A DNA stretch of 64,000 nt from Schizochytrium sp. TIO01 (GCA_004764695.1 SMSO01000034.1:3844001-3908000), one strand, 5' to 3'. Shown: positions 27,271-39,816, counted from the first letter of the stretch. Numbers and translations: made by a program. Notes: generated by a model from the letters alone, not told the origin.

Positions 27271-30168
27271 ATGGGTGAAGGCGAGGAGGATGAAGGCCAC
27301 AAGCGCAAGACCAGCGACATGTCGGCTATCAATGAACCGCTGAGCCCGGTGATCAAACCGGTTCTGTCCTCGACAAGAAGCATGCGGGCCACTTCTGCGA
27401 CCACACAAGGTATGCGCGCGCCATCGAAGAGATCACACTTGAACTCGCTCACAAGTGCAGATGAGGCACTTGAGAAGACACTGGTAACATCACCGGCGGC
27501 GCGCAAAGAAAGCGAAATCAAAGCGCAAATCCCATCTGCACACCACGTACAGATCATGGACGAGTCAGATCGAGAAAGCGAGTTTGACTCAGACGAAGAG
27601 GAACAAGCGAAGGACCGCAATGTTGTCTTATCCTTCCTCTTAGCAAGACCTTTTAAGGTCGGCATATTCATTCTAGGTGCTATCATTACAATTGCGGGTG
27701 CTTGCATGAAAGGCATTAGTGCCGTTGATGTACGTCAGGTGCCCGAGGCGCTTCTCTTTGTGGGCACGTCTCTAATGATGGGTTTGGTAGCAGACATCGT
27801 CGTTATCCTTATTGGTGGTTTGCTTACCTGGATGGTGAGCATTGCTGAGAAAAAGCACAAGGATATTGAATATACCTTTGCAGTAATTCACTTTTACTAT
27901 ACTAGTGTGATTTACAGAATCTCGCTCTTGTTTTGGGATTTGATGGTTATTGTTCTCTTCACGAGCTTTGTTCCGCGTGTGGACGGCACGATGGAAATTG
28001 CTGCATCTTGGGAGCTGGCCTATTACCATCTCACTCGCTTGCTTGGAATTTTTGCAATGATTCTCTTCGCGCGAGTATGCACGCAACTTCTACGCATGTA
28101 CCTGACGCAGGATTTTGGCGTGCGCTCCTTCTCTGCACGTGTTAAAGACACTCTGGATGAGGAACTCTTATGCTGCAAACTCCGGAATGTCCGACCGGCC
28201 CCAGCATTTATTAGCCTCATTAAGCGGCTTCGACAGGTGTCTAACGCAAACAGCTTTGACCCTGAGCTGTGGCAAGCGGTTGTTCGTCATGTGAACCATT
28301 TCCATGCAGATGGATTTGAGGTAGCAACGTCCAACGGAAAGCACCAACCAGTAAAACCAGGCCAAGACCATGGACTAGGTCGTCGTGCGCGGCCTGTTGC
28401 GGCATCAATTTTTGCTCGTCTTATTGCCACGATTAAGATTCAGCGTGAGGAATTATTGCAGAGTGAATCAGAATTTTACTTTGAGCAGGTTGAGGATACC
28501 AGCCACGATGGTGAGAGCCATGATGGAGATAGCAATGGAGCCACCACAGATTCTGGAGACAACAATAGCCCAGTGCCTAGTGTACACGAGGAGGAGCCGT
28601 CTCGCCAGACGAGTAATGAAAATCCTCCCGATAAACGATCCACTGCACGGTACCCATCTCGCGCAACAAGTGATGGCCGTGGGTCTCCAATGGCTTCACC
28701 TCTGACCTCCCCAATCCTTTCTTCTCCGATCCAACGCCCAGCTGTTCCTCCTATGCGACCATTGGGTTACTCTATGCGTCACATGGGTCCATCCGTACGG
28801 TTTATTGGACGTTCTGCTGCTGAAAGTGTGGATGGTGGAGATGGTCATGTCCTTAGCAGCCATCGTGAGTCCATGGACTCTACAAGTGCTGAAGCAGCAG
28901 CTGCCGCTGCTACTTCAATTGCTCTGCAAAAAATCAATATACGTCGTGCTGATAGTTTTCACACCATCCGAACAAACGACGAGACTACTCCTGCAGAGAG
29001 CCTGATTCAAGATCACCAACTTGATTTCGATGCTGATGACGGTCGTTCTATTTCCAATAAATCTCAGTCTCACATGAATGAAATTGAAGAAGTACCTTTG
29101 GAAGCTCTAGCAGTCATTGCAGAAGAGATTAGTTTTGTCCAGAACGCAGATATCACATCAAAGTCCAAGCGTGAACTCCTTTCCCATTTGTCATCTCGAC
29201 TGGGTAACAAGGTTTTCTTCAAAGAGGAGGTTCTCTGTGCTTTTAAGCAACTTGATTCTGCTTATGACTGGGAGAGTGTCTGGAAAAAATATCTTGATCC
29301 ACGTGAAACTGGAGTGGTCACTTGGCCTCGAATGCGTACTATGGTGTTCAATTTTTACGAGACGCGATACAATTTATCCCTTTCAATTCAAGATTCAAAG
29401 TCATGTATTAAGAGCATGGATGTGGTAATCATGTCTGTCTTCATGGTGTTAGTCATTCTGATCAGTCTGACATTTTATACATCTGATGTGGGTACGCTTC
29501 TCTCAAGTATTGGTACCGTGGTTCTTGGTTACAAATTTATTTTTGGTGGATCTGTCACTACATCTTTTGAAAACATTGTGTTTTTGTTCGGTGTTCATCC
29601 GTACGATGTTGGTGATATTGTATTGTTTAACAGTAATCGTTACACGGTTTCACGAATTCGACTCTTGACTACTGACTTCATTCAGGCAGATGGCGCAATG
29701 ATGCGACTCACAAATACATATGTGGCAGGCCTTGGCCCAATCTTTAATCTTAATACTTCTGAAAAACACTCCGTTGGCTTTAGTATTTACTTGCCAGCAA
29801 CCGATGTTCGTGAGGCAAATATTGTAGCCATTCGGGCGTCACTCGAAGAGTTCTTTAAGGCTAACAGCCTTTCATTCGAAAGTTTTGGTTTTACTGCTCG
29901 CGAGTTCATCCACCCCATGCAAGCAAATGGAGAGCTACCTTCCAAAGGCACGCATGCTACTCACATTCGCTTCTACCTATGGGTTACATACAAATTCTCT
30001 TTCGAAAACGCTGGTCGCATTTACGCAGAGCAAACTCGCCTCATTACTTTCTTGTGTGAGAGACTTCAAGAACTTGGACTTTCTAAGCCTTTGACAGACG
30101 AATCTCACCATGTATTTGACATGCCGCCTTCAGGTAACGAGTCTAATCGCCCTCCGCACAATTTTTAA
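27271..30168 (+). CDS. MscS-like (MSL/Msy-type) mechanosensitive ion channel, paralog 1 (965 aa, intronless CDS)
   Basis: MscS-domain motif FENIVFLFGVHPYDVGD...YTVSRIRLLTTDF...N. Four N-terminal hydrophobic segments, a long polar loop with EF-hand-like DPRETGVVT, then two TM segments before the beta-domain, as in plant MSL8-10 and fission-yeast Msy1/2. Confidence 0.93.
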   Translation: MGEGEEDEGHKRKTSDMSAINEPLSPVIKPVLSSTRSMRATSATTQGMRAPSKRSHLNSLTSADEALEKTLVTSPAARKESEIKAQIPSAHHVQIMDESDRESEFDSDEEEQAKDRNVVLSFLLARPFKVGIFILGAIITIAGACMKGISAVDVRQVPEALLFVGTSLMMGLVADIVVILIGGLLTWMVSIAEKKHKDIEYTFAVIHFYYTSVIYRISLLFWDLMVIVLFTSFVPRVDGTMEIAASWELAYYHLTRLLGIFAMILFARVCTQLLRMYLTQDFGVRSFSARVKDTLDEELLCCKLRNVRPAPAFISLIKRLRQVSNANSFDPELWQAVVRHVNHFHADGFEVATSNGKHQPVKPGQDHGLGRRARPVAASIFARLIATIKIQREELLQSESEFYFEQVEDTSHDGESHDGDSNGATTDSGDNNSPVPSVHEEEPSRQTSNENPPDKRSTARYPSRATSDGRGSPMASPLTSPILSSPIQRPAVPPMRPLGYSMRHMGPSVRFIGRSAAESVDGGDGHVLSSHRESMDSTSAEAAAAAATSIALQKINIRRADSFHTIRTNDETTPAESLIQDHQLDFDADDGRSISNKSQSHMNEIEEVPLEALAVIAEEISFVQNADITSKSKRELLSHLSSRLGNKVFFKEEVLCAFKQLDSAYDWESVWKKYLDPRETGVVTWPRMRTMVFNFYETRYNLSLSIQDSKSCIKSMDVVIMSVFMVLVILISLTFYTSDVGTLLSSIGTVVLGYKFIFGGSVTTSFENIVFLFGVHPYDVGDIVLFNSNRYTVSRIRLLTTDFIQADGAMMRLTNTYVAGLGPIFNLNTSEKHSVGFSIYLPATDVREANIVAIRASLEEFFKANSLSFESFGFTAREFIHPMQANGELPSKGTHATHIRFYLWVTYKFSFENAGRIYAEQTRLITFLCERLQELGLSKPLTDESHHVFDMPPSGNESNRPPHNF

Positions 30169-32369
30169 GGATGGAGGCGTAATAGCTTCGAATCGCAATA
30201 TCTTATTATCAGAACATAATGCTACCTTCACACATCCTCAACTATTCCCAAAATCTTTCCCCTTTTTTTAATATACATGATCACAGCTTTCTTATTTTAT
30301 GCCAAGTTTCCTCTAGATGTGTGTACTTGCACATATTTCATGTTAATTCTATATTTGTAAAGATCATTAGGTCTCCAAGCCAACTTTAGTTGTTGTGTGC
30401 CATGATTATTATTACACTCTTTTCACCACGAACAACAATACTTAGATACGCGGTGTCAAGAACCTGAACGATAAAAAAACAAATAAATAAGCAAATAGGA
30501 AAATAGTAGCTAGAATCTTTAAGCATGGCACTTTTTTTGTGTGTCCAATACCTTCTTCTTTTCTCTGAAAAAAACAAACAAAAAAAACAAGCAAAAAGCA
30601 GAGTAATGTAGGAAACAAACTTTTTCACATGCTGCCGAACTACTCAATAGTGGCCAAGAAACTGGCGTCGGCCTTCTTCCTCTTCCTCTTCTTTTGCCCG
30701 GGTATCTCTTTACAAGCAACAAAAGGTTGTCATTCTCAGGTTATGTTAAACCATTCGTTTACTTGAAATCCTCAATCGAGACATTGAGCAAAAAGTAAAA
30801 AATAGTGCTTTCCTGGGTTCCAATGAGCTTGATTGAGAAGCTGCTGCTCTAAGAAAGGACGGTTTTGTACCTGTTGATTCGCCACTCTCGCATTTAATCG
30901 ACCAAACAGGTCGTCTCTTGAGCTCGCTGGACCCTTTTTGGTCCTTGATAGTCAATGCACGATTTTTCAAACATTTCAAGAAGAAACTATTGGACTTCTG
31001 AGTAAATTGCAATGTGTGCTTTGCTCTCAAAAAGGAAAAGATCAAGGTATCATAAAGTAATATAAGAGATGATGATCGATGGAACCAGGGAAAAATTAGA
31101 ATAGAATATATGACAGCGTAGACGACCATTTGTTTGGAGTTCTTTCAAGATTGATAGGCACAGGAAAATAATCTTTAAAGGGAGAAAGCCTCAATTTTTT
31201 TAAAAGCGGTAGACCAGTCCCAATTTTGAATGAATGGACCAAAAGATAGTCAGGAACCGCGGGTGTGAGTTTCGACATTGAGAAAAGGCGTTTCTCTGAG
31301 GTCTGCACAAATTCCTATGCTGAGGCGAAGCGATACCTTAGATAAAACTGCATACAACATTTATGTGCAGCCTGTACGTAGTAGACAGCTCTCGAAAGTT
31401 TTATAGCCTACTTTAATAGAGATGGTCATGTTTTGTGCTTTCTGCGGTTGTTATCTTTGCATGTTTATGACAAACTTGACATGAGACGCGTTTCAGATCG
31501 AAGGTTTCCTGAAGTAAACCTTCCTTTCCTTCGTTGTTCTCGCTCAATTTGCGCTCTGCAAGCGCAATCATTACTATCGCACTTTCGATGGCTTCTTTTC
31601 CAGACCTATTACGCATCTTCAACAATTCTATCGTTGCTTTGCCAAAATCAATATTGCGAAAAGATCATCGATCAAACTTATTTTGCTAAACTCGAACACG
31701 GCATTCCCATCTTCATATCTAAGCCTGTTCCTGTAAAAAACAATCTTAGTGGCTACCAGAGTATGTGTTAGAAGGCCCTGGTTTCAACTACGTTTGGCCA
31801 ATTGTGATTCCGGGTAGATAGCCTTGAGTGCCACGCGCTTTGAATTGAATAGGGTAATTGACGTACCTGCCTCTAGAGATCAGTTGAGTTAACAGAGCCC
31901 CCAAATCATGCAATACTTCTATTTCTCAAAGAGGAGACAGCTTCTGACGGCAGTCTCAGTTATTAACATGCATTCCGTGCAGGTGCAGCTTATTATTTGC
32001 TCCGTCGTGAATGAATGAGTGGTTGGCCGATCAATGTAAAAGAGAAGTGTTCCTTCTTGAGATTCCACGCTTGATGAAGCAAAACTCGAGAAGGAGGCGG
32101 TCTCCAATAGTTCGCGAATTACTGTAGGTAGGTGGGTACTCATTGCTCCTAATTCCTCGTATCTTTGAACTGGCTGGAAGATTTCCGTGTTTGGCAAGGT
32201 TCGCTTTTTGTGTGGATACGAGCACTTTCACTTCCCCCCACAGAGTCAATTAATTCAGAAAATAAAGACGCCACGAAAAGCATCCCATCAGCATCATCAT
32301 CATCTCCTATAAGTCCATTGCCGCGACCTTGCGTTGTTTATTATCAAGTTACTTTGCTGGGGCATGGTA

Positions 32370-32370
<1 letters not shown>

Positions 32371-32465
<95 letters not shown>

Positions 32466-32466
32466 C
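32371..32466. repeat. (GATT)n microsatellite, ~24 units
   Basis: Directly visible perfect repeat. Confidence 0.97.
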
Positions 32467-33670
32467 TCCGCTCCCTTATCAGGAAAGGAGAGAAGTCCGG
32501 AAATCTAAACCGAGACGTTTTCAACCACGTGCACAAAAAGAACGAAGGAGCGGCGGCGATGAAGTGGAAGCTGTTGCGATTGGCAGTGGAACAAGAACAA
32601 AAGAAACAAAAAAAACAGTCGCTATGAGACGGCCTCAATGCTAGCTAAGGGATCCCACGGTAACACTAACCAATCACAAAAGGTGCGCTAAGAAATGGAA
32701 TTCGAGTATCGACGCGTCGCACGGCAGTTCTTCATGGCAATAGATCCACTTACGGAGAAACGCTTCTTTGCAAGCGCGCGACCCGTCGTCTTGAGTTCTT
32801 TATTTTCGATAACATAATGAGGACAGCTCAACCTTCGATCGAGTAGTTTCAAGCAAACAAGCAAACAAGCAAACAAGCAAACACACAGTTGTTAATGTAT
32901 TTTCATTATTATTTAAGCTTTCTGTATATTTTATATTTCTTAATAATTAGCTTTGTCAAAATAAAAATAAAAATGAAATAATAACTTGTCAGTGAAGTAA
33001 AATAAATAAAAAAATAAATAAAAGGACTAATTGGTCGCAAGAAGCACCAAACGCCATGCGTTATGATCTATCGAGAGTTCGCTTAGGTCAGCTTTCCTCA
33101 CACCCTTATGTTCCATGGTCGCGTCTCTAAAAAAGAAGTCAATAAAACTATTCGCGAAGCAGTCCATGGCCTCTGACGAAAATCGAAAAGAGTAAGAGAT
33201 CCCTTGAAATAAGAACAGAAGAGAACGACAGAAAACCGAAACTTGCCTTCTTACTACCTACGAAAGAAACCTGTAAACAGCGAGCTGGGCTTAAGGTCAA
33301 ACAAACACCTTGGAAGCACTTGCCTGCGTGCTCCAGGTCAAGTCTAGGGCGCTTGCTAAGGACGTGCACGCAGCACGGCGTAGGAAATAATAAAAAATCA
33401 TGAGTTGAAGTCACCACATTCCCCGTAAAGAAGAGAAGAGAGAGCCCTTTAAGGAAAGTAAAAGAAAGAAAGTAAATCGAGGAACGAACTTCGAGTTTCT
33501 CTAGCTAGAGTAGTACTAGTACGCCCTGCGAGTGAATTTACAAAAAAGTAAAGATTGAAAAGATAAATAGGACATACCAGACCCAGGGTCCTCCTTCCAC
33601 AGCTTCAGACACAACAAAGCGCGAGCAAGCTTGGAAAAAAAAAAGTAAAAGCGAGACCACGTTGAACATA

Positions 33671-33785
33671 ATTCATTCTCATTCATTCATTCATTCGTTC
33701 ATTCATTCATTGACTGATCGATTGATTGATTAATCGATTGATTGATAAATTGATAAATTGATTGATTGATTGACTGATTGATTCA
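33671..33785. repeat. Compound (ATTC)n/(GATT)n microsatellite
   Basis: Directly visible. Confidence 0.9.
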
Positions 33786-33859
33786 ACGATTCATTCGAAG
33801 CGAAGGTCTGTCTGTCTTCCACAGACATCTCAGACATCAGATGCCAACTGTCGATCAAG

Positions 33860-34340
33860 CTATCCAAAACATCAAACGCAAACCTTTGAAATCCAGAGAG
33901 ACCTCGAGGACCATATTTCGATCGCTCGATCGAAGGCGAACGAACTGCTCTGGAGGCGCCAGAGCACGGGTCTACGTTGTCATTCACTCCAGGCACAGGT
34001 AGGTCGCGAAGCTGTAGACGAAGTCAGCCGACCGACATCTGCGCGAGCGTCCGTTTGAGAGCGAAGGAGGGGAGGTGCTGCGTAACTCCAGGACGGAGTT
34101 ATCGACCGCCAGCACGGCGATGATGGCATCATCGACGTCGAACGAACTCGCGGCCTTGTGCAGCTGAGGCAGCAGGCAGATCTACTGGGACTCGATGATG
34201 GAAAAGCACAGGCGGAGGCGGGCTACGAGGCGCTCCGGCCCTTGTTCCCGCCATCATCTCGTCGACGTCGTCATCGTCGATGCGCTTGCCGTGGCGGCGC
34301 TAGAAAGCAGCTCGAGAAGGGTCTGGAGATGGACTGCCAA
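33860..34340 (-). pseudogene. Decayed GC3-rich coding-like fragment
   Basis: Minus frame LAVHLQTLLELLS...*...ERLVARLRLCFSIIESQ*ICLLPQLHKAASSFDVDDAIIAVLAVDNSVLELR...FVYSFATYLCLE* has C-ending codons and isolated stops. Confidence 0.35.
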
Positions 34341-34397
34341 ATTCAATTCAAATTCAAATTCAAATTCAAATTCAAATTCAAATTCAAATTCAAATTC
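34339..34397. repeat. (AAATTC)n hexanucleotide repeat
   Basis: Directly visible. Confidence 0.95.
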
Positions 34398-37300
34398 CTG
34401 GCGGTTGCGGGCGGGGACCAGGACGGGCAGAACCGATCTGCAGAAGGTCGAGCAAAGCGACGCTGTCCATGGCTGCGGCTCTGGAATAACAGCCGTGCCG
34501 GAGACCCCGCCCTTCTTACGGGGATGTTCGATGCGTGCGCGGAATTGGCAAAGACGGCAACGAAAGTAGCATGAGGGAGCTACACTCCTGAGGATGCTCG
34601 GCTTCTGGGTGTGGAAAGCAAAGGAAAGTTGCAAGGCTTCGGGGATGACTGCTACGAGACCTTCTCGCGCTGACTGGTACGAAGGAGTCGACGTCTCTTC
34701 TGCGTCGCGGCACCACGAATCCCTCTCCCTGTGCGGATAACCACCCCAATCTATCTAAATCTTTCTCGAAATGAGATAGATTCGAAGCATGGCTCGAAGG
34801 CATTCAAGTCACCGTCACCATTTCACGAAGAATCGCCAAGGCACTGGCTGCTGCTTCTACTTCAAAGCATTATCGTCGTCTTCGATCGTCCTGACTCCGT
34901 TTGGCGCTTGCAATGATGGTATCTCGAAATGACGAGACGATCGCGAAGGTCCAGCGCAGGAGACTTTGGGTTGCTGATAAACGGAAGGAAAGTAGTAAGT
35001 AGCCTGCCCGAGCTTCGCCGTTTTGGCGCCAACAGATCAATTGGCCGACGTGAAGGACTCGGAGAAGAGGCTTTAGGTCTTCCTCCTCGGTCTGAAACCA
35101 CTGATCGCCGCGACAGATCTTCCTGCCGGGCTTTAGAAAGCGAACCACGTTGGCCTTTGGTTTGTTACAGCTGCGGCTTGTACCGATCTAGTTCTTAGCT
35201 CATGCCAAGTACTCTGATTGATTGAGGGATTTGATCGCTTTCGTGATTCTTCAGTTCATAATAGCCATGGCATGATGGATGAATAGAGTGCACCTTTAGA
35301 TAAATGGCGTTTGAGCTGCGGTTTCTGCTCTAGGTTGGTCTTCGAGCCTCCAGAAGGAGCAGCAGCGGCCTCATTAGCGCAAATGCGCCCTCAATCGCTT
35401 TGTTCGAGCCGTCCGCCCATAAGGCAACATCAGAGCCTCTTGAGTTCTTCTTCCTTGGTGGAATATTTTCACAGTTTGCAGGCACCTGTACCTACATTTC
35501 TACGCAGGTGTAGTGCAATCAATGTCTTCGCGCAATGTCTTCTGGCGCCTTCGCTTTCCTTCCGCCGCTCTTTTCATTTGCTCAAGTGCTTCGTCCATGA
35601 TACCATGGCGACCTTAACTCTGAAGGTGAGGAACTTTTCAACATTTGAGCAATTGTCGTACGAGTCCGGCGTCGTCGTCGTCGTTGCTGGATGAATTAAT
35701 TCTGATTAATCGATCGATGAATGTCTCGATGAATGTATCGACGATGCATCGATTGAGTGAATATAAGAATGGACGAATGGGTGGATGGATGCATGGGCGG
35801 ACGGCGCATAGAACTCGAAGGGGCATGCGGGGTCAGGCGGAGTCTCGAGTCGCCGGGCGTAGGAGTGAGTTACTGCGCTTCTGGAGTTGCTGTGTTCAAA
35901 GTACCGCTCGAACGAGCTAGATAAACCTTAGCTGGAAGACCGTAGCCTGGTTCGTTTATAGAGTTTCGTCCTCCCGCAAAATTCTAAGCTGTCCCCTTCC
36001 TTTTCTTCTTTTTCCAAGAAAAGAAGAAAAACATTTTATCTTTAAAACAAGGAACTGAGAGAGAATTAATCACTTTTTCTTTTTTCTTTTTTCCCTTTTC
36101 TTTTTCAAAGCTGACATCAGACCAAGAAAAGTAGTTTAAATCGAAAACAAAACATCCTTTGATATTGCGATGATTTTTTTATTAAAGTTTTTTAAAATAA
36201 GAGCCAAACGATATTATATATTTTTTAAATAGATAAATAAAATTAAAATTAGAACAAAAATCAATTACTTTAAAAAAGTAAATAAAAGATCGATGCCTGT
36301 TTAATTACTCTAGCTAGAGAAAAAGAAATTCATTTCGATGCTGTGAATTTGGGACATCCAAGATCGCCATTTTTTTATTTTTCCCAACCAGGAGGTATGT
36401 ATTCCTACTACCTAGAGGTACCTACCTACCTACCTGCCCACTAAGTAGCCTCCGTGCACCCGTATAGAGTACACGATGAGGATTACATGCGGCGTTCCTG
36501 TTCTTTGTCTTGCGGTGCCGTATCGATGGATGGTCAGTTGCGCAAGAGCCGCTGCTTGTGCAGGAGGATAAGAACGCCTTTTCCAATGAAGGGCCGCTGA
36601 CAAGAGCGTTTTCCGAGGCTCCGAAGGGCAGGCATATCAGCGGTGTCTTGGCTTGGCGATTGGCGGCGCCTCGAAAAGTGCTGCTCTGATGACGCTGTGG
36701 CTTGACGCCGGCAAGGTGGGAAAGTGGACAAGTGATGGAAAGCAGCCGAAAGCACTGGGCGCCTCTGCCGGCACTGATACGAAAGAAAATGGCCAGGAAT
36801 CAAGAGGGATTAAGAGGGAACCCAAGGCAGGTGGAACGGCCATTGAATGGGCCAAAGGGAAAGCGCGACTCGCTCTAGCTCGCAGGTTACTGTCCGGTCA
36901 GTCTCTGAGACCACAGAACTCCAGTACGAAACGCCACGGAGGTGTTTCAATCACCGGTGCTGGAGATTGGGGCCAGGACGTGATGGTCAAGTTGAAGAAC
37001 TCGACGTAAAGAGAGAGATTGAGGAGATAGGAACTCGGGCAGAGAGAACTCAGCCATCGGGATCTTGCTTCGATTTGCCTGAAAAGGAGTGCAAATGGTT
37101 AGGAGGACACCATGAATGAGGCGTTGTTTGCAATTTCATCGGCGAAGTTCCAAAGCTCGGGCAGGCAGACATGCAGATTTGGATTGACTGGATATTGACT
37201 GGATAGGGGCAACCTTGTAGAGACAGGTGTTTGGTGAGTTCTTCTGACCCTTCGCCCGCTTGAAGAGAGATCTGGGAGCTGGAGCGAGGCGGTGCCAAGT

Positions 37301-39816
37301 TGGACTCTGCGGATGAGCTTAATTTGCATTTGCAAATTGTTGCAAATTACCAGCGGCGCTGGCGATTCTTCGGCGATTCCCTTCACGGCCACGTTCAGTG
37401 AACGCTCGCGGAAAACACACTCAGGAGAGGCTGAGGCCCCACAGTGCGGGCGAAAGTTTCCGACGCTGCTGAGGGGAAAGTGCAGCGCCCTCTTTGCGAG
37501 ATTGTGCGTAAAAAAACTCTCACTCGGCGCGCACTCGAGTGAAGCTGTGGAAGCTACCAGCTTGATACTGTGTGGGCGAGGTCATCTGTGAATGTAGGAG
37601 AAACAGAGGCGAGGGCCTGCTGTGCTTGCTTGCTTTGCTTGCTTTGCTTGCTTTGCTCGCTTGTTCCCAATATGAGGCGACCCGGAGTTCCCCTCGAAAC
37701 AAAGCCACATCTGTACATAATACATTGTTGTGTCTAGTAGACAGAAGAACAGCGGGGTTTGCTAAGTCCATCGATCGACCTCTCGAAAATACCGCCGCTT
37801 CGCTTCGTATTCTCAGCCCGCCTCTTGTGCGTACTCCAGCGAGCCTTTGGTGGTCTCCTTGGAGTGAAGCAAGACTTGAGGTTCGGGAGGTGCAGGTGCT
37901 CTGCTCTGCTCTGCGTGACGTTTGTAGAAGCTGAGGCGCCTTATTCCGCCAGTCGGAAACACGCAGGCTACCGTACGATCAGCCAGCCGGCTGGAGTAAT
38001 TACAATGTACTAACTTACGCTGCCCTCTCCAAGGTTTGCACGCATACTCCATCACGTTCCCTCGCGTACTGATTGCCTGTCTTTTGACAAATTAAAGGCT
38101 GCTTGCTGATGCATAATGAATAAATATGCAGAGCAAAACAATTAATCGATGGGTGGCACGATGGAGGATATAATCGCAAAAAAAAACTTGAGAATCTTAC
38201 CTTCGGTCACTGCTTTGCCAGAAAAGCGTTGTGGGAGGTGCACGACGCCGTCGAAACCGGTCTTCGAAGAAGACGGTGGCAGTGGTGCAGACAGCGGCAC
38301 AGCTTCTGCTGCTTCCTCAAGTTCAACTTCCCGAACTACGCCTCGTCGTGGTCCTCCCTTTTGTAGCTAGCTCATCAGGAGCATCGCCACCACGCGAACC
38401 GACCTCCACGTCAGACGGTAAATATCTCCAAGTGATGCAGTGCTTGTCTCCGAGGCTTGAAGAGAAGACAAAATTACGATTAACTCCAAAGTTCGAGCAA
38501 GTTCTTGAAGAAGCGGAGATTGAAAGGGATTCGATACTTCTTCTCGTGCACATCGCGATATATATCCCTCGAGTTCCTAGACAAGTCGGAGTCCTAGACT
38601 CGAGACGGTTTTGCTCGAAGGGGTTCCAACTGTAGAAGCCCTTGATTAATCTTTGTTATGTTTTGGTTATTAAAGATGAGATTTTGTTGGCGTCTAGGCT
38701 ATGGGGACAGCGCGGCTGCTGTCGTTCCTTGGAAGTCAATAAACGGGAGCGGAGCTGAGGTCCTACCGAGGCATGGCCGTCTTCCACCGCCGATGTTACC
38801 TGAGCTATTTTCCTCCGTTCGGGTGGTTTTGCAGAGAGGTGAAATTGATCGTGATCACTGAGTGGAATGAACATGTAACAAGGAGAAAATGAAGCGAACG
38901 GTTTGTACCAGCAATGCCACGCTGTCTATTTATTTGGGTATCTTCAATCAAAGGCCAAAGAACTATGAAATCATATGATGCCCATTTTAAAAAAAAACTT
39001 TCTAAAAGTTAAAGTAAAAGTGTTTTTAATTAAAAATAATCATAACCACTTTACTCATGATTACGGGTCTGAGAAGTTAAAGAAGGTAATAATATAAAAC
39101 ATATCTCCCTAACCGGAAGCTTGTTGTATGTTTTTAATTTTTTTTACATCAAATATTAGAAGAAGAAGAAAGAAATTGAACCTCAATTCGCAGTTTAACC
39201 ATAGCAGAACGGTGCCATTAGGCAATTTTGCTCTCGCTCGAATCGGATTTCGAAGGCCACAATAGAACGCTGCCTCGTCTGCCTCCCTTAGTTGCAAGTT
39301 TGAGTGTCCTATCAGATTCTGGCTGAGCTTAGGACCGTCTTCTTACCTGAATCAGTCAGAGCATTGAAGAGTTGCCATTACTCTTCTCAGATGTACTGCA
39401 CCAAAATTGGCGACGAGCTTAAGTTCATCGCGACTCGGCACGAAAACAAATACACGGCAAGCATCAAGACGAGCCTGATGCCCAAGTTCGTTGATATGAG
39501 CTACGATTGCACTGGATGACCCTTCGCCAAACCAAAATCCCCAGGTCTAAAATAAAATCTAGCGTGACCCTTTCTTTGTGCTGGCACTGGCACGCACATG
39601 GAGAGCAAGGACAATTCAGGCGAATCATTCCCGCTCCCTCCAATGCTGCATTCTGGTGTTATCTTAACGTACCAAAATCGGTTGCGGCTCTGCTTGCTGG
39701 CCAACCCAATTCACTCACTCCCATCCGCATTTGCTTTGCGACTTCCCTCGAACTGTGGCAGACCAGATCTGAGCCGAACGGAGGTTTGATTCCTCTTCGC
39801 GGTGCCGAAGCCGCTG

